Assembly (NCBI GenBank): GCA_024181965.1
Contig: BQXS01020470.1
Coordinates: 1 to 29,557 of the forward strand
Reading direction: 5' to 3'
DNA from: Aduncisulcus paluster
Taxonomy: Eukaryota
DNA: 29,557 nt
Shown here: one piece after another, positions 1 through 10,403 of the stretch
Layout of the letters: each line of letters starts with the position of its first letter
How positions within the stretch are numbered: the stretch's first letter is position 1
The notes under the pieces: generated by a model
Databases searched by the model: none
The model's input: the letters and a program-made list of their open reading frames with translations, nothing else
What the model was told of the DNA's origin: nothing
Translations under genes and position numbers: made by a program

Positions 1-1393
1 TGTTATTACTATTGATCTTGGAAATAAGCATGCTGTTGAAGGGATTAACATCCTCTCTAAAGAGATGTATAGCGGAACTGTAAAAGATTTTGAGATTTTA
101 GTATCTCCTTGTCAAGTATATAGTCATGAATGCGAGTGGATTTCTAAGAAAAGGTTCACAGCTAAACCCACACACAAGAAACAGCATTTTTCTTTATTAA
201 CAAATGAAGGAAGATTTTTAGAGACGAATCTCATTCGATTCAAGTGGTTATCACATCATGGAAGCGAAAGATTATGTACATTGACGCAAATCGAAGTCCA
301 AGGTTGGAGCGGTGCTGATACTATCGAAAAGGCCATAAAAGATGCCGATAAATGGGTAAATGACATGAAAATGTTGATTATTGAGAATGACAAGCAGCAT
401 GATCACAACAATCTCCCCTCTTTATCCACTATTCCTGACTCTGCTGAGAAAGAGAAGAGAAACGGCTCCTTTTGGTATCGAGGCTTTACAAACAGCCTTG
501 TTTCGTTCCCTTCAAGCTCCCATGATGCCAACAATAACCTTCCCAATGTTGATACCAAAGATAATAATGCATCCGAAGAAGTATCCTCAATCTCAGCTGA
601 ATTGTCTCTCACGTCGATGCTTCGGGATAAATTTAAAGAGCTTGAGTTTAATTTATTTATTCTTAAGAAACAAGTGCATGAATTGTTTTATAATACCGCT
701 ATTGTTATGCGAAATATTGACATTTCGATGTTAAATTCCAATAATCACAATTCATCTCAAATAATTAGAGGAGATGGTCCAGACTCCGATCCATACTCAT
801 CTTTGAAGTTTAATGAAGTTTCTCAAGGTTCTAATTATGGTGATCATGATGGATCCGAGTCCTATGATTATGACGATTGGGAATGTGATTCATTCTCTTC
901 TTCTGCGTGCATTCGCAATGCATCACAAAATAATCACGAGTATTCTGATGGAGATTCGTATCATTCGAATAACAGCCATTCCAGCTCGTCAGATTCTTCA
1001 GGTCCCGATGATAGTTTTATTGGATTCTTTGATTTCCTGGATCCTAATCGTCATCACCATGTCAATGATAACAACAACTCATCAACAAATCACCATTACA
1101 TTGCATCTTATGATATTCTTTCTAATTTTAGAGACATAGAAAGCCGGATTATGGGCAATGTAAATAACAAAATGGACTCTTTAAAAGCTCCTGATCAGAG
1201 TTTGTGGTTGCTTGTAATCACTCTTTTCTTCTCAATTGCTATAATTATCCTCGTTATAATGATAATAGATATGAAATTCCAAATGAAAAAAATGAAGATA
1301 TCAAAGAAGACGAGTGAAATGTCCAATAAGAACGAAAACGCGCTGAAAACTCTGCAAGGAGCGGCACAAAAACTTGAAAATAGAAAGAGATAA
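1..1393 (+). CDS. Mid-SUN domain ER membrane protein (SLP1/SUCO-like), 5'-truncated by the window edge
   Basis: The frame is open from position 2 (VITIDLGNKHAVEGINILSKEMYSGTVKDFEILVS...IRFKWLSHHGSERLCTLTQIEVQG). This matches the SLP1/SUCO SUN pattern (IELxxxxxIxxIxIANxExFSSxxKDF...LSHYGxExYCxLSxxxVxG). It is followed by a coiled coil, a low-complexity N/S/D/H region, one TM helix (LWLLVITLFFSIAIIILVIMII) and a basic tail. Confidence 0.8.
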   Translation, partial: VITIDLGNKHAVEGINILSKEMYSGTVKDFEILVSPCQVYSHECEWISKKRFTAKPTHKKQHFSLLTNEGRFLETNLIRFKWLSHHGSERLCTLTQIEVQGWSGADTIEKAIKDADKWVNDMKMLIIENDKQHDHNNLPSLSTIPDSAEKEKRNGSFWYRGFTNSLVSFPSSSHDANNNLPNVDTKDNNASEEVSSISAELSLTSMLRDKFKELEFNLFILKKQVHELFYNTAIVMRNIDISMLNSNNHNSSQIIRGDGPDSDPYSSLKFNEVSQGSNYGDHDGSESYDYDDWECDSFSSSACIRNASQNNHEYSDGDSYHSNNSHSSSSDSSGPDDSFIGFFDFLDPNRHHHVNDNNNSSTNHHYIASYDILSNFRDIESRIMGNVNNKMDSLKAPDQSLWLLVITLFFSIAIIILVIMIIDMKFQMKKMKISKKTSEMSNKNENALKTLQGAAQKLENRKR

Positions 1394-1431
1394 ATCAATA
1401 GCCAAAATAATTTAGTCCTCATATAAGAAAA

Positions 1432-1621
1432 ACTGAACATAGATATGAATGGCACTTCCTTCCTATTGATTTGGATAACGTTGTATTGTGTGAGATTGAA
1501 GGGAAAGGAAGGTGGGATGAGAAGAATCGTCGATATTTCTGGATTAACTCTCTTGTATTTACTATGCCAGAGGAATCCATTGCTGCTGAATGATTATCTA
1601 CCACTACTTCCATGGAAATAA
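1432..1621 (+). pseudogene. 3' fragment of the lineage-specific tandem-domain family (paralogue of 16530-16715)
   Basis: Close nucleotide match to 16530-16715 (HRYEWHFLPIDLDNVVLCEIEGKGRWDEKNRRYFWINSLVFT). It has no 5' part, a CGA>TGA stop at 1591-1593 and a 4-nt insertion before ...LLPWK*. Confidence 0.8.
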
Positions 1622-1955
1622 GTTATTTGAAATAACTTTCCTTTATTAGTAATACTAATTAGTAATTAGTATGAAATATATAGTATAATATAGTATACTA
1701 ACACAATATCCACATTGAAGTAGCATATGACATATGTAATATCTTTATATGCAGCATATTATGCTCGAAAAATGGTCTGAGATAAAAATAGATTCGCTAA
1801 AAATAGCAATATGAACTACATTAATAAAAATAGAAAATAAAAAGTTCCAGAGCCCATAATCGTAAGGTTATTACAATATTTGATATGATTAATGAAATAC
1901 AAAATAATAAGAAAGAGGAACAAACAGAGAAACAACCGATAAGAATAATAGATCT

Positions 1956-2009
1956 AAAAATCAAAAATCAAAAATCAAAAATCAAAAATCAAAAATCAAA
2001 AATCAAAAA
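1956..2009. repeat. (AAAAATC)7 tandem heptamer overlapping the stop codon of the 2003-6037 gene
   Basis: Seven perfect units are read directly at 1956-2004, followed by a partial unit. Confidence 0.95.
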
Positions 2010-5000
2010 ACAAGGAAATCTAGAATGCACAATAAAGATAATATGGCAAAACCAATCAGAATAAACGAAGAGAGCTTCCTGTCATCATGTGCAAAAACAG
2101 ATTGGTATCCACATGCCTCCTCATCCTTCATTGCTTCACAAAATACCTCAAGATCATCATAATTGCTAAAAGTCCACAAATGGGAGATTGAGCTATGGGT
2201 GTAACTCAAGTCACAATCAACTTCTTCAACTTGAATACTTTCGTGAATACTCACTTCATCGCACAGAATGGAAGCATCATCATCGATCTCGATAACACAC
2301 AATATAAGGTTTAATTCCTCAGAAAAAGTGCACAAAATATTGGAATCGGTTGAAGTTTGGTCCACACATGATACTGACGCAGAATCAGAATAGAATTGAA
2401 CAGTCTGGCTGGATCCACTGATACTCACAGATGTTTCAGAGGTAAACGCCAAGGGATTGAAAGCATAGAATGGCTTGAATTCAGATTCAAAAATACCAAG
2501 TTCCTCAATAAAAATATCATTTTCCACGAGGAAATAGAATGTCATGGGATCAATTTCCCCAATGAAAGGTGCTTCATCCCGAGCGATTAAATTATTGACT
2601 ATGGAAGTATGGGACGATTTAGAAGAATAAACAAGTGTTCCCCTATTGCTTATCAGGACACAATACACTCCCTCCTCACTTCCACAGAAAGAATCATCGA
2701 ACCAAGGCTCAAGAGCATCAGTAAGCATCGAGATATACCCAATTCCAAGGACAAAATCATCAACCTGGACTGTTGTTGAGACTGGAATGACCAAGGTTGA
2801 GGATGGGGCAGAGACGAAGGGTTCCCGAAAGAGAGTCAAACCAGAATACAGAGGATCGAGGAACCATCCACGTGAAGTGAGATCTAAATCCCAAGGAAGA
2901 GCACCAGCAATGGGATAATATGTGGCTAGGCCTTCTGGAAATTGGAAACCACTCTCGAAAACAAAGTATTTGAAAGCTTTCAAACGCCTGGTTACATAAT
3001 TCAAGTAAGGAGAGAAAGTGTTGACAATTTGACCCAATTCTTGAAGTTCTTCGGTTGCATATTCAAAACCGACATCCTCACCGGCGAAAAACCGGCTGAT
3101 CTCACGGACGACATCAATGGTGATTTGTTCCTCAGATGTGATTCCCTGAGCTTCAAGCACATAGGGTGCCACATACAGCATGACATCATTAAACACGTCA
3201 AGTCCACGCATGGAAGGATACTGTGTCAAGAGATCACCAGCCACAAGCTCAACTCCAAGTTCTTCTTGCTCTTCGTCTGTCAAATGGCTGAATCCACCAT
3301 ACCAACTCATTTCCATGCACGGAACTCCAGTTTCAAATGGGTTATTCGTAAGCTCATAGGAGGAAATATATTGGTCGGGATATGAGGCATCACAGACTCC
3401 TGGAGGTACCTGCGAAGAGGTATCACGTTCTCTCATGTCTCTGTCAACTAAGGAAATGACCACTGTGAAGCCAGAGACCTTGCTTCTTTTCCACCTAAAA
3501 ATAACAGGTATTTCTGAGAGAAAATCAAAGGATTCGTCAATCAGTCGATATGAAACGGCTTCAGTGACTCCATTCGTAACTTTTCGTTCAAATATATCAT
3601 TATAGACGTCATCCACAAAGGAACTATCAGAACGCTTTGAAAAAACTTCAATAAAAGTGAGGGCATCCTGTGAAACTTTTGTTCCTGTGTCATTCAGTGC
3701 TGGATGTGATAATAATTGTGACGATTGAGAAAAAACCATAAAATACGACATTTGAGAAAGTGAATAAGTAAAATCAGCACCCAGAGCGTAATGAGGAGAA
3801 GTTGAATATATGGCATTGTCAAGAACACGAGAATTTAAAGAAAAGGTTACAATTCCTAGAAATTCGGTGTTGTTTGGGGAAAGAATAGGCAGAGAGAAGG
3901 TCCACTGGTTATTCAGTAAGACTTCAGAACGAGAGAGAGAAAAAGACACGGGTACCTTTGAATAATCTCCATTATAAAAGCCAATATTACTGAGTTTATG
4001 CATGTACAAGGGAACAAATATCTCAGACAGGAATGAAACAAGCTCGCCAATGGAGTCATGTGCCTTTTCATACACAAGAGTTGAGAAAATATCAATATCT
4101 GTTAGAACAAATAGCGTTTTGGTATCAGATGAAGTGCTTGAAATATCATCTATCGACGTTTTGGCTTCATAAATATCAGTCCCCGAGGCCCACCGTTTCA
4201 ATTGAAGCCCTGCCCAACGAACAATTCGCATCATATCCACCGTGCGGGTTACAAGGAATCCTTGGCACTTGAGTTTGTTCAGTGTAGATAAGGCTGGATC
4301 AGCAGAATTGGAGAGGAAAATGTCGGAATGGGAGGATGAGTATATCGATTGTTTGTCTGAATTGGCACAGTCGCAAATCTTATTGATGGTGGCTTCATCG
4401 GTGCTAAAATTAGACGCTTCCAGAGATATTGATGAGGAAGAGAGAGATGAACTGGAATAAGATACCGAAGAATAGTTCTCACCGTCTACAAGGTTACGGA
4501 CAACATCACAGGCCACAGAATTAACAAGGGCATCCCAGATGGCAAGTCTCGTGAACACAAGCTTCACAGGAGCATCAGGAAGCTCCCGTTCGAGAATATG
4601 GATATAAGAAGAGTATGAGGGATGTATTGTGGCTCCAAAGGATACTGAATATATCATCAACGGTGAATCTTTCGGCAGTGGCCGACCACTCTTGAGATTC
4701 TGTTCGGTTGAGGAATACCCTAGCACTGATGAGAGACGTTCATCAATGATTTCTGAGAGAGAGATAGTTGGGTCAATGCCTGCTCGTAACATTGTGAAAG
4801 CAGACTGGGTAGTTTGGAAGAGAGGGTGAGATTCGTGCGCATGTTGGTAGGAAGAAGAATCCGAGACAATTTGTGTATCGATCAAGGAAGAAATGTCAAG
4901 AGTGTGGAAATATTCAATAATTTCCTCATTAAGAAGAGCTTTTACGGCATCTGTTGCAGCGGATAATCCCCCAACGCTGTCTTCTGTGGTTGAGCTGGAA

Positions 5001-6037
5001 GTACACTCGTCTTCCATATCGCTCCCAGAATAGAATAATTGGCCATCCCAGCTATCGTCAGTGCTAAGGACAGCAATGTAATCGGTAGAGGAGAGGGTGT
5101 TTATAAAAGTGATGCATTCAGATGCCATCGTGGTGAGAAAATAAGCACCGAAGGGAGATTTGAGGAAAGCAGCTGTCGATGAATCAAGGCTCAAATCAAT
5201 GAGAAGAACAATACCACGGGACATCCCTAGAGTAATTGAATTGAGGAATGCATTGGAAGTTAGAGGATTGTAGTGACATCGGGAATGGAGAGAAGTAGAA
5301 GATATTGAAGAGTCAAGAAAGTGACGAGCGGGATAAGCCAACTGGTCACCGTCAATACTTGTGAACTGAATGGTCGAGAGTGGTCCATAAATACCACCGA
5401 AATCGTCATAAAGTTGCTTAACCCCTGTCCATGTCACTCCATCGGTATAATCGGAAGGTAATTCATCAGAATCTCCCAAAAGCTTAGCTATAGTGCTGTG
5501 GAATGAATTAGAAGCAGAGAATTCATCGGTTGACATCATGGAAAAGGCTGAAGTATCAATGGCTAAGGAATCATCGTTAAAGGGAGAAAGATACTTGAGA
5601 GAATCGCTAACATCAATTTGACTTGAATCAGGAATTGCATCATTTATATTATATACCAGAGAATCAACATCAGAATAATCTTCCAAAGAAGAATTGGCGG
5701 AAGAAAGAATTTTGATAATGGAAGAATGGATATCTCGAAGAGAGGAGTCAGTTGAATCCAATATATCCTCTAGATGAGAAATAACAGAGTCAAGAATTGT
5801 TGAATCACTTTTTTCAATGATAGTATTCACAGAGAAATCAAAACCACTCATATTCTCAAAAATATCAGTGGGCATGATGTCATATATAATATCTTCGATA
5901 TTGCTTAGAATAGTGGTTGCACTCGAGACGATTTCCGTCTCAGAAGAGCCAAAAACTGAAATTATGAAAAAAGAAAGAATACTTGATACAAAAATCCAAT
6001 AATGGAATGGAAACGGAGGTAACCTAAGACGATCCAT
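2003..6037 (-). CDS. Calcium-channel alpha2delta / CACHD1-like VWA + double-Cache type-I membrane protein (1344 aa)
   Basis: It has an N-terminal signal peptide and a C-terminal hydrophobic anchor. Ordered motifs match the family: HYNPLTSNAFL..SRGIVLLIDLS (YDxRxRxWY..PKDxVILxDxS), FINTLSSTDYIAVL, FLGIVTFSL..YFMVFSQSSQLLSHPAL, DLTSRGWF..EPFVSAPSSTLVIPVS..VLGIGYISM, CGSEEGVYCVLISNRGTLVYS..FIGEIDP. Confidence 0.8.
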   Translation of the reverse strand: MDRLRLPPFPFHYWIFVSSILSFFIISVFGSSETEIVSSATTILSNIEDIIYDIMPTDIFENMSGFDFSVNTIIEKSDSTILDSVISHLEDILDSTDSSLRDIHSSIIKILSSANSSLEDYSDVDSLVYNINDAIPDSSQIDVSDSLKYLSPFNDDSLAIDTSAFSMMSTDEFSASNSFHSTIAKLLGDSDELPSDYTDGVTWTGVKQLYDDFGGIYGPLSTIQFTSIDGDQLAYPARHFLDSSISSTSLHSRCHYNPLTSNAFLNSITLGMSRGIVLLIDLSLDSSTAAFLKSPFGAYFLTTMASECITFINTLSSTDYIAVLSTDDSWDGQLFYSGSDMEDECTSSSTTEDSVGGLSAATDAVKALLNEEIIEYFHTLDISSLIDTQIVSDSSSYQHAHESHPLFQTTQSAFTMLRAGIDPTISLSEIIDERLSSVLGYSSTEQNLKSGRPLPKDSPLMIYSVSFGATIHPSYSSYIHILERELPDAPVKLVFTRLAIWDALVNSVACDVVRNLVDGENYSSVSYSSSSLSSSSISLEASNFSTDEATINKICDCANSDKQSIYSSSHSDIFLSNSADPALSTLNKLKCQGFLVTRTVDMMRIVRWAGLQLKRWASGTDIYEAKTSIDDISSTSSDTKTLFVLTDIDIFSTLVYEKAHDSIGELVSFLSEIFVPLYMHKLSNIGFYNGDYSKVPVSFSLSRSEVLLNNQWTFSLPILSPNNTEFLGIVTFSLNSRVLDNAIYSTSPHYALGADFTYSLSQMSYFMVFSQSSQLLSHPALNDTGTKVSQDALTFIEVFSKRSDSSFVDDVYNDIFERKVTNGVTEAVSYRLIDESFDFLSEIPVIFRWKRSKVSGFTVVISLVDRDMRERDTSSQVPPGVCDASYPDQYISSYELTNNPFETGVPCMEMSWYGGFSHLTDEEQEELGVELVAGDLLTQYPSMRGLDVFNDVMLYVAPYVLEAQGITSEEQITIDVVREISRFFAGEDVGFEYATEELQELGQIVNTFSPYLNYVTRRLKAFKYFVFESGFQFPEGLATYYPIAGALPWDLDLTSRGWFLDPLYSGLTLFREPFVSAPSSTLVIPVSTTVQVDDFVLGIGYISMLTDALEPWFDDSFCGSEEGVYCVLISNRGTLVYSSKSSHTSIVNNLIARDEAPFIGEIDPMTFYFLVENDIFIEELGIFESEFKPFYAFNPLAFTSETSVSISGSSQTVQFYSDSASVSCVDQTSTDSNILCTFSEELNLILCVIEIDDDASILCDEVSIHESIQVEEVDCDLSYTHSSISHLWTFSNYDDLEVFCEAMKDEEACGYQSVFAHDDRKLSSFILIGFAILSLLCILDFLVF

Positions 6038-6600
6038 GTGATGGCAATGGAAAATATATTAATGGATTTTATATTTGGCCAAGATCTGTGTTTTTCGTCA
6101 TTTGATTGGATATGAATTTATTGTTCAAAAATAAGCTAAGGAATTTATTGTATATTGGATAATTTTGCAGAAAAAATGTATTTCAGTTCACAAATATAAT
6201 CTAGACTATTGGTGACCTGGAAACTGCTGTTGCAACAGCATTTCTTAAAAAAATAGAAAATCGGTCGTATTTTCATGAAATATATTTAATTTATATGTTT
6301 TTATGGATTAACAATTTATCTTTAGAATCACTGTAAAATGTCAATCTATCTCAAGCCTCAAATAGAAGAATGAATGGTTGATAAAAAGTCCATTTCATAT
6401 ATTGAATTTATCTTATTTTCCTCAAAACATTATTATGAATGTCAGAAATTAGTATCGCCTTGTCAAAGTGTCAAAAAATAGAATTGAGTTTTTTCTATTT
6501 GTCATACTACATATTCCACTTTACTCCATCTCAAGAGTGTTGTTTTTCAATATATTTATAATTCCTTTGTTTATTTGAATATACTTCCTGATATAGAAAT

Positions 6601-7170
6601 ATGCCAAATATGAGAGCTTTAAAAGATATTAAGGCACTTAAATTGCGTTTTCCAGTCGAAGTTAGTGATTCTACGAACATTTTTTTTGTTTTTATTAAAG
6701 GACCGGAGGATACCCCATATGCTGATGGATTGTGGAAGCTTTCTGTTACATTGCCAGAAGATTATCCGTATAGAAGTCCATGTATTGGTTTTGTCAATAA
6801 GTTACTCCACCCGAATGTTGATTTTGCAAGTGGCAGTGTGTGCTTAAATGTTTTGAATCAACATTGGACTCCCATGTACGATCTCATCCACGTTTTTGAG
6901 GTTTTCATTCCACAACTTTTGTCATTTCCGAATCCTTCAGATCCATTAAATTCACAAGCTGCGAGAAGCTTGATGTCCGACAAGCGAAGGTATGAAAGTG
7001 AAGTCAGAAGTGCTGTACGAATGTATGCAATGGGTAGTAGCGCTCCAACTCTGCCAAAAGAATATAGAAAGCATGTTGAAGAAGCTCCATCCACAAAATC
7101 TAAGCCATTGGACGAAGGATGTGGGATTGGAGAAGTTGAGTTGAGTGATATCTCTTCAGACATCGATTAA
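6601..7170 (+). CDS. UBC8: Ubiquitin-conjugating enzyme E2, Ubc8/UBE2H class
   Basis: [84 protein letters not shown] and the catalytic Cys are present, with Ubc8-type GSVCL and PNPSDPLN motifs and an acidic tail. Confidence 0.93.
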   Translation: MPNMRALKDIKALKLRFPVEVSDSTNIFFVFIKGPEDTPYADGLWKLSVTLPEDYPYRSPCIGFVNKLLHPNVDFASGSVCLNVLNQHWTPMYDLIHVFEVFIPQLLSFPNPSDPLNSQAARSLMSDKRRYESEVRSAVRMYAMGSSAPTLPKEYRKHVEEAPSTKSKPLDEGCGIGEVELSDISSDID

Positions 7171-7518
7171 TAGACATATTTATGATATATATTCCCATTA
7201 AAATAGGGTTTTATAATTCAATTTTGGAATTAGCTCAAAATTTCCTTATTTCGTTTTTATACCACAGTGTTTTTTTTCTAGATATTACCGAATGTCCGTG
7301 AAAATAATAAAACGGAAAATGTAGAAAATATCAACATTATTTAGAATAAATAATTTACTTAGAATAAATAAAAAGGAAAAACGAGGTTCAATAATAACAA
7401 TAGGTCCGGGGTTCTTTGACTGGGCAAGCAAAAAAAAAAAAAACATTTCTTTTCAAAAGTGATTAATTCAATGAATAATAATATCGATGGCAATAAATTG
7501 GGGTCAGGGGAATAAACG

Positions 7519-8217
7519 TTACACAACTTTAACTAATTTTGGTTGTTTCTTGATAGATGAGATGAAAGTCTCCATCTCGCTATCTTTTTGGGAGAAATAA
7601 AACAGTTGGCCGAAAGTTCTCTCCTTCAACTCATCAGAAATCCCGGCAGGGGAATGGAAGGAGAAGATTGGGCATTTCTCAACAAGGGTTTTGGGAGTTT
7701 TGGCAGCGATCTTCTTGACTCCGTAACCATTAAAAGAAATGGCCCTTCCGGGGTATTTTGGGTTCAAAGCGCAAAGTTCAGCGAGGACTGATCCAAATCC
7801 GTATCCAGTGTGCTCAAGGTGAAGTTTTCCTTTGGTGGACTTCTGGACGAGTTTCATAGCATAAGTAGTAAACTTATAGGCATAAGCATACTGATCAGGG
7901 TACTTACCCATGCGAGCTTGAGTAAGATCATCAAGGTCACTGACTCCGTCAGCCCCACGATGAGCAATAACAAGAATCATATCTTTTCCAGCCAAGAAGG
8001 CATAGGCTCTTCCAAAATAACCCTCCTTAGCTAATTTGGGAGGACAGTCGATAACTCTAAGAGCAAGTTTTTTAGCTTTATCGGAATAAGTATCGGCAGC
8101 CATAGCAGCATAATCTTCGAGGGTCGTCACAAAGTGTGCATCTCTAATGGCGTGGTCTACATCCTTATAGGCGATGGATTCTCCTCCTTTGACGCTTGAA
8201 GACAAAATATTTCCCAT
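7519..8217 (-). CDS. Class-3 lipase-like alpha/beta-hydrolase fold protein, nucleophile Ser replaced; probable N-myristoylation
   Basis: The motifs GYFGRAY..LVIAHRGA..SDLDD..LEHTGYGFGSVLAELCA..AISFNGYG align with Lipase_3 (IAHRGT..HTGHSLGGxLA..AxxFxxPG). The ORF-track start at 8331 is TTG; the first ATG (8217) gives MGNILSS. Confidence 0.7.
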   Translation of the reverse strand: MGNILSSSVKGGESIAYKDVDHAIRDAHFVTTLEDYAAMAADTYSDKAKKLALRVIDCPPKLAKEGYFGRAYAFLAGKDMILVIAHRGADGVSDLDDLTQARMGKYPDQYAYAYKFTTYAMKLVQKSTKGKLHLEHTGYGFGSVLAELCALNPKYPGRAISFNGYGVKKIAAKTPKTLVEKCPIFSFHSPAGISDELKERTFGQLFYFSQKDSEMETFISSIKKQPKLVKVV

Positions 8218-8660
8218 AGTAATAAAATAGGTTGGCAAATTAAGTCTGTGACAAAGGAAACAAAATGCCAAAAATAGAAAGCAAGCAGTGCACAGAGAAT
8301 ATAAAGGTTCATCAGAAAAGATTTTATTCAATTAAATTAATTTCTCTTGATATCAATAAATTCCAAAATAAATATTCTTTATGTCCTTTAATTTGGCAAT
8401 TGACTGTCAGACAACGTTCACTGAGTCTAGCTTTTAGCCAAAACACAAAAAAGCAAGTATTCCTGTTTTTAAAACCCGGTAATTTCGAAATAAACGGCCT
8501 TATAATCGAAAAAAATAATGATATGTCGATTTGGCAAATTTTCTTGAAACACGGTGTTTGGTGACCAAAATAGCGAAGAAATGATAATATAGCGATAATA
8601 ATAAATGATCTTTCAAATATGATTGAATGGAGGATATATACAAATATATAAAAAAAGAGA

Positions 8661-10403
8661 TCATTTCAGTTCTTCAATGAAAGGATTCTCTTCGAATCTC
8701 CTCCCGCTGACATCAATACCTTCCAAAGCTCTCTTCTTCCATTTCATTCCATGTGCTTTCGGATTACCCCATCCATGAACCCAGAGTTCTTTGCCGATAT
8801 CCGCACATTCTTCCTCTACTCGAGCTCTCGTGACCACAGCCTCACTCTTTCCGCCATACAAACCATAGTGTTTGCGAGCCTCATCGGGTGTCAGAACTTC
8901 CATAACAACATTGGCACCACTGGCAAGAACATTCTTGCGTCCATTCGGATCTAATACTTGCATGGCAGTGGTAGCTGAGATATTGACATGCGGAAGGAAT
9001 AGCCTAGCAGTTGCTATGACTCGGCGAGTGATTGAATATGTGTTGGCCAACCAGGCAGCTTGATGCTCAGGGGTTTTGCATAGTGAGTAGAATTTATCAG
9101 CTAATGGAGTTCCTACAGCTGGTAAATACCCGCCAATGCCAAGCATATCGGCATGAATTGCCTTGAAAAAGAAAAGGTCTTTTGCCAAATGTTCGATAGT
9201 TTGTCCAGGAACACCGATAAGGACACCTGTACCTACATGATAACCAACATCATCAAGATCGCGTAAAGCCTGAATTCGATCGTCAAAACTATGGAATTTA
9301 TCATCAGGATGGATAGTTTTGAAAAGTTTTCTATCACTTGTTTCAATCCTGAGAAGATATCGATCTGCACCAGCGTCATACAATTTCTGATATTGTTCCT
9401 TCGTTAACTCGCCAATTGAAAGAATAATGGTCATCTCTTTGCCAGTTTTCTCTTTTGAAATCCGTTTTATCCCTCTACAAATATCACACAGCCAATCAAT
9501 CCGAGTNNNNNNNNNNNNNNNNNNNNGAATTCGATCGTCAAAACTATGGAATTTATCATCAGGATGGATAGTTTTGAAAAGTTTTCTATCACTTGTTTCA
9601 ATCCTGAGAAGATATCGATCTGCACCAGCGTCATACAATTTCTGATATTGTTCCTTCGTTAACTCGCCAATTGAAAGAATAATGGTCATCTCTTTGCCAG
9701 TTTTCTCTTTTGAAATCCGTTTTATCCCTCTACAAATATCACACAGCCAATCAATCCGAGTTTCATTGAGAACTTCACCACTCTGCAGAAGAATTCCAGG
9801 ATATCCGGTATCAATAGCTTTCTCAATACATTGATAAATGGAAGCATCATCTAGAACAAAACGACTGTACTCCTTTGAGTCCTTTCGGATACCACAATAT
9901 AAACAATTCTTCCGACAAATATTACTGAATTCTATAATGCCACGAAGGAAAACCTTGCCCCCATATTGCTCTCTGCAACATTTATCGGCAGCCTTGAATA
10001 AGAGCTCATCTTGTTCATAGGGTTTGGGAGATAATAATTTGATTAGATCTGACACTGTATATTGTGATGGATCTTTCTCTAAAAGCTCAGAAAAATCCTT
10101 GATGGGAGCTGGGGCAAAGGGAGTGAAAGGAGAAGGGAAGTGAATGGCGGATTTCGTACACACATCGAGAGGGGAAAACCCGTCAACATGTGAAACTATC
10201 GAACTATCGCAAAGAGGAATTGATGGATTCTTCAAAATAGAAGAATCGTCATAATTGCATAAAGAAACTGGGATTTTTGGGTTGTCTAACTCATTAGAAA
10301 CGGGAGAAAATGAAGAGGGCGAAATAGCAAAGGATTGAGGCAATGAAGTGATAATTGATCCGTAAAATTTTGATATACTTTTTGTGACATGAAAAAAGGA
10401 CAT
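8661..10403 (-). CDS. hydE: [FeFe]-hydrogenase H-cluster radical SAM maturase HydE (about 495 aa after removing an assembly duplication)
   Basis: It contains LRGIIEFSNICRKNCLYCGIR (CxxxCxxC), ILLQSGE, LSIGE, GADRYLLRIETSD, VGTGVLIGVPGQT..LAKDL, ATTAM and GANVVMEVLTP..YGLYGGK. Positions 9272-9506 are repeated at 9527-9761 across a 20-N gap, adding 255 nt (85 codons). Confidence 0.92.
   Translation of the reverse strand: MSFFHVTKSISKFYGSIITSLPQSFAISPSSFSPVSNELDNPKIPVSLCNYDDSSILKNPSIPLCDSSIVSHVDGFSPLDVCTKSAIHFPSPFTPFAPAPIKDFSELLEKDPSQYTVSDLIKLLSPKPYEQDELLFKAADKCCREQYGGKVFLRGIIEFSNICRKNCLYCGIRKDSKEYSRFVLDDASIYQCIEKAIDTGYPGILLQSGEVLNETRIDWLCDICRGIKRISKEKTGKEMTIILSIGELTKEQYQKLYDAGADRYLLRIETSDRKLFKTIHPDDKFHSFDDRIXXXXXXXTRIDWLCDICRGIKRISKEKTGKEMTIILSIGELTKEQYQKLYDAGADRYLLRIETSDRKLFKTIHPDDKFHSFDDRIQALRDLDDVGYHVGTGVLIGVPGQTIEHLAKDLFFFKAIHADMLGIGGYLPAVGTPLADKFYSLCKTPEHQAAWLANTYSITRRVIATARLFLPHVNISATTAMQVLDPNGRKNVLASGANVVMEVLTPDEARKHYGLYGGKSEAVVTRARVEEECADIGKELWVHGWGNPKAHGMKWKKRALEGIDVSGRRFEENPFIEELK
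9272..9761. other. Scaffolding artefact: identical 235-bp overlap on either side of a 20-N gap (9507-9526)
   Basis: 9272-9506 equals 9527-9761. Collapsing them restores a normal HydE reading frame. Confidence 0.9.

Noticed and set aside
1432..1621. Possible diversity-generating retroelement template repeat for the variable 3' end at 16530-16715
   Set aside because: Mismatches involve all four bases rather than only adenines, there is an indel, and there is no reverse transcriptase in the window. An ordinary paralogous relic explains it.
2396..6002. Numerous 60-150-aa ORFs antisense or out of frame within long genes (also within hydE, LRR, RBBP5 and BPI)
   Set aside because: They are shadow ORFs of well-supported genes, and many have non-ATG starts.
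9272..9761. Internal domain duplication in HydE
   Set aside because: The copies are identical and abut a 20-N gap, so this is an uncollapsed contig overlap.
8661..10403. Biotin synthase BioB or PylB
   Set aside because: GADRYLLRIET, GxPGQT..LAxDL and GANVVM..TP..YxLYxGK are HydE-type motifs.
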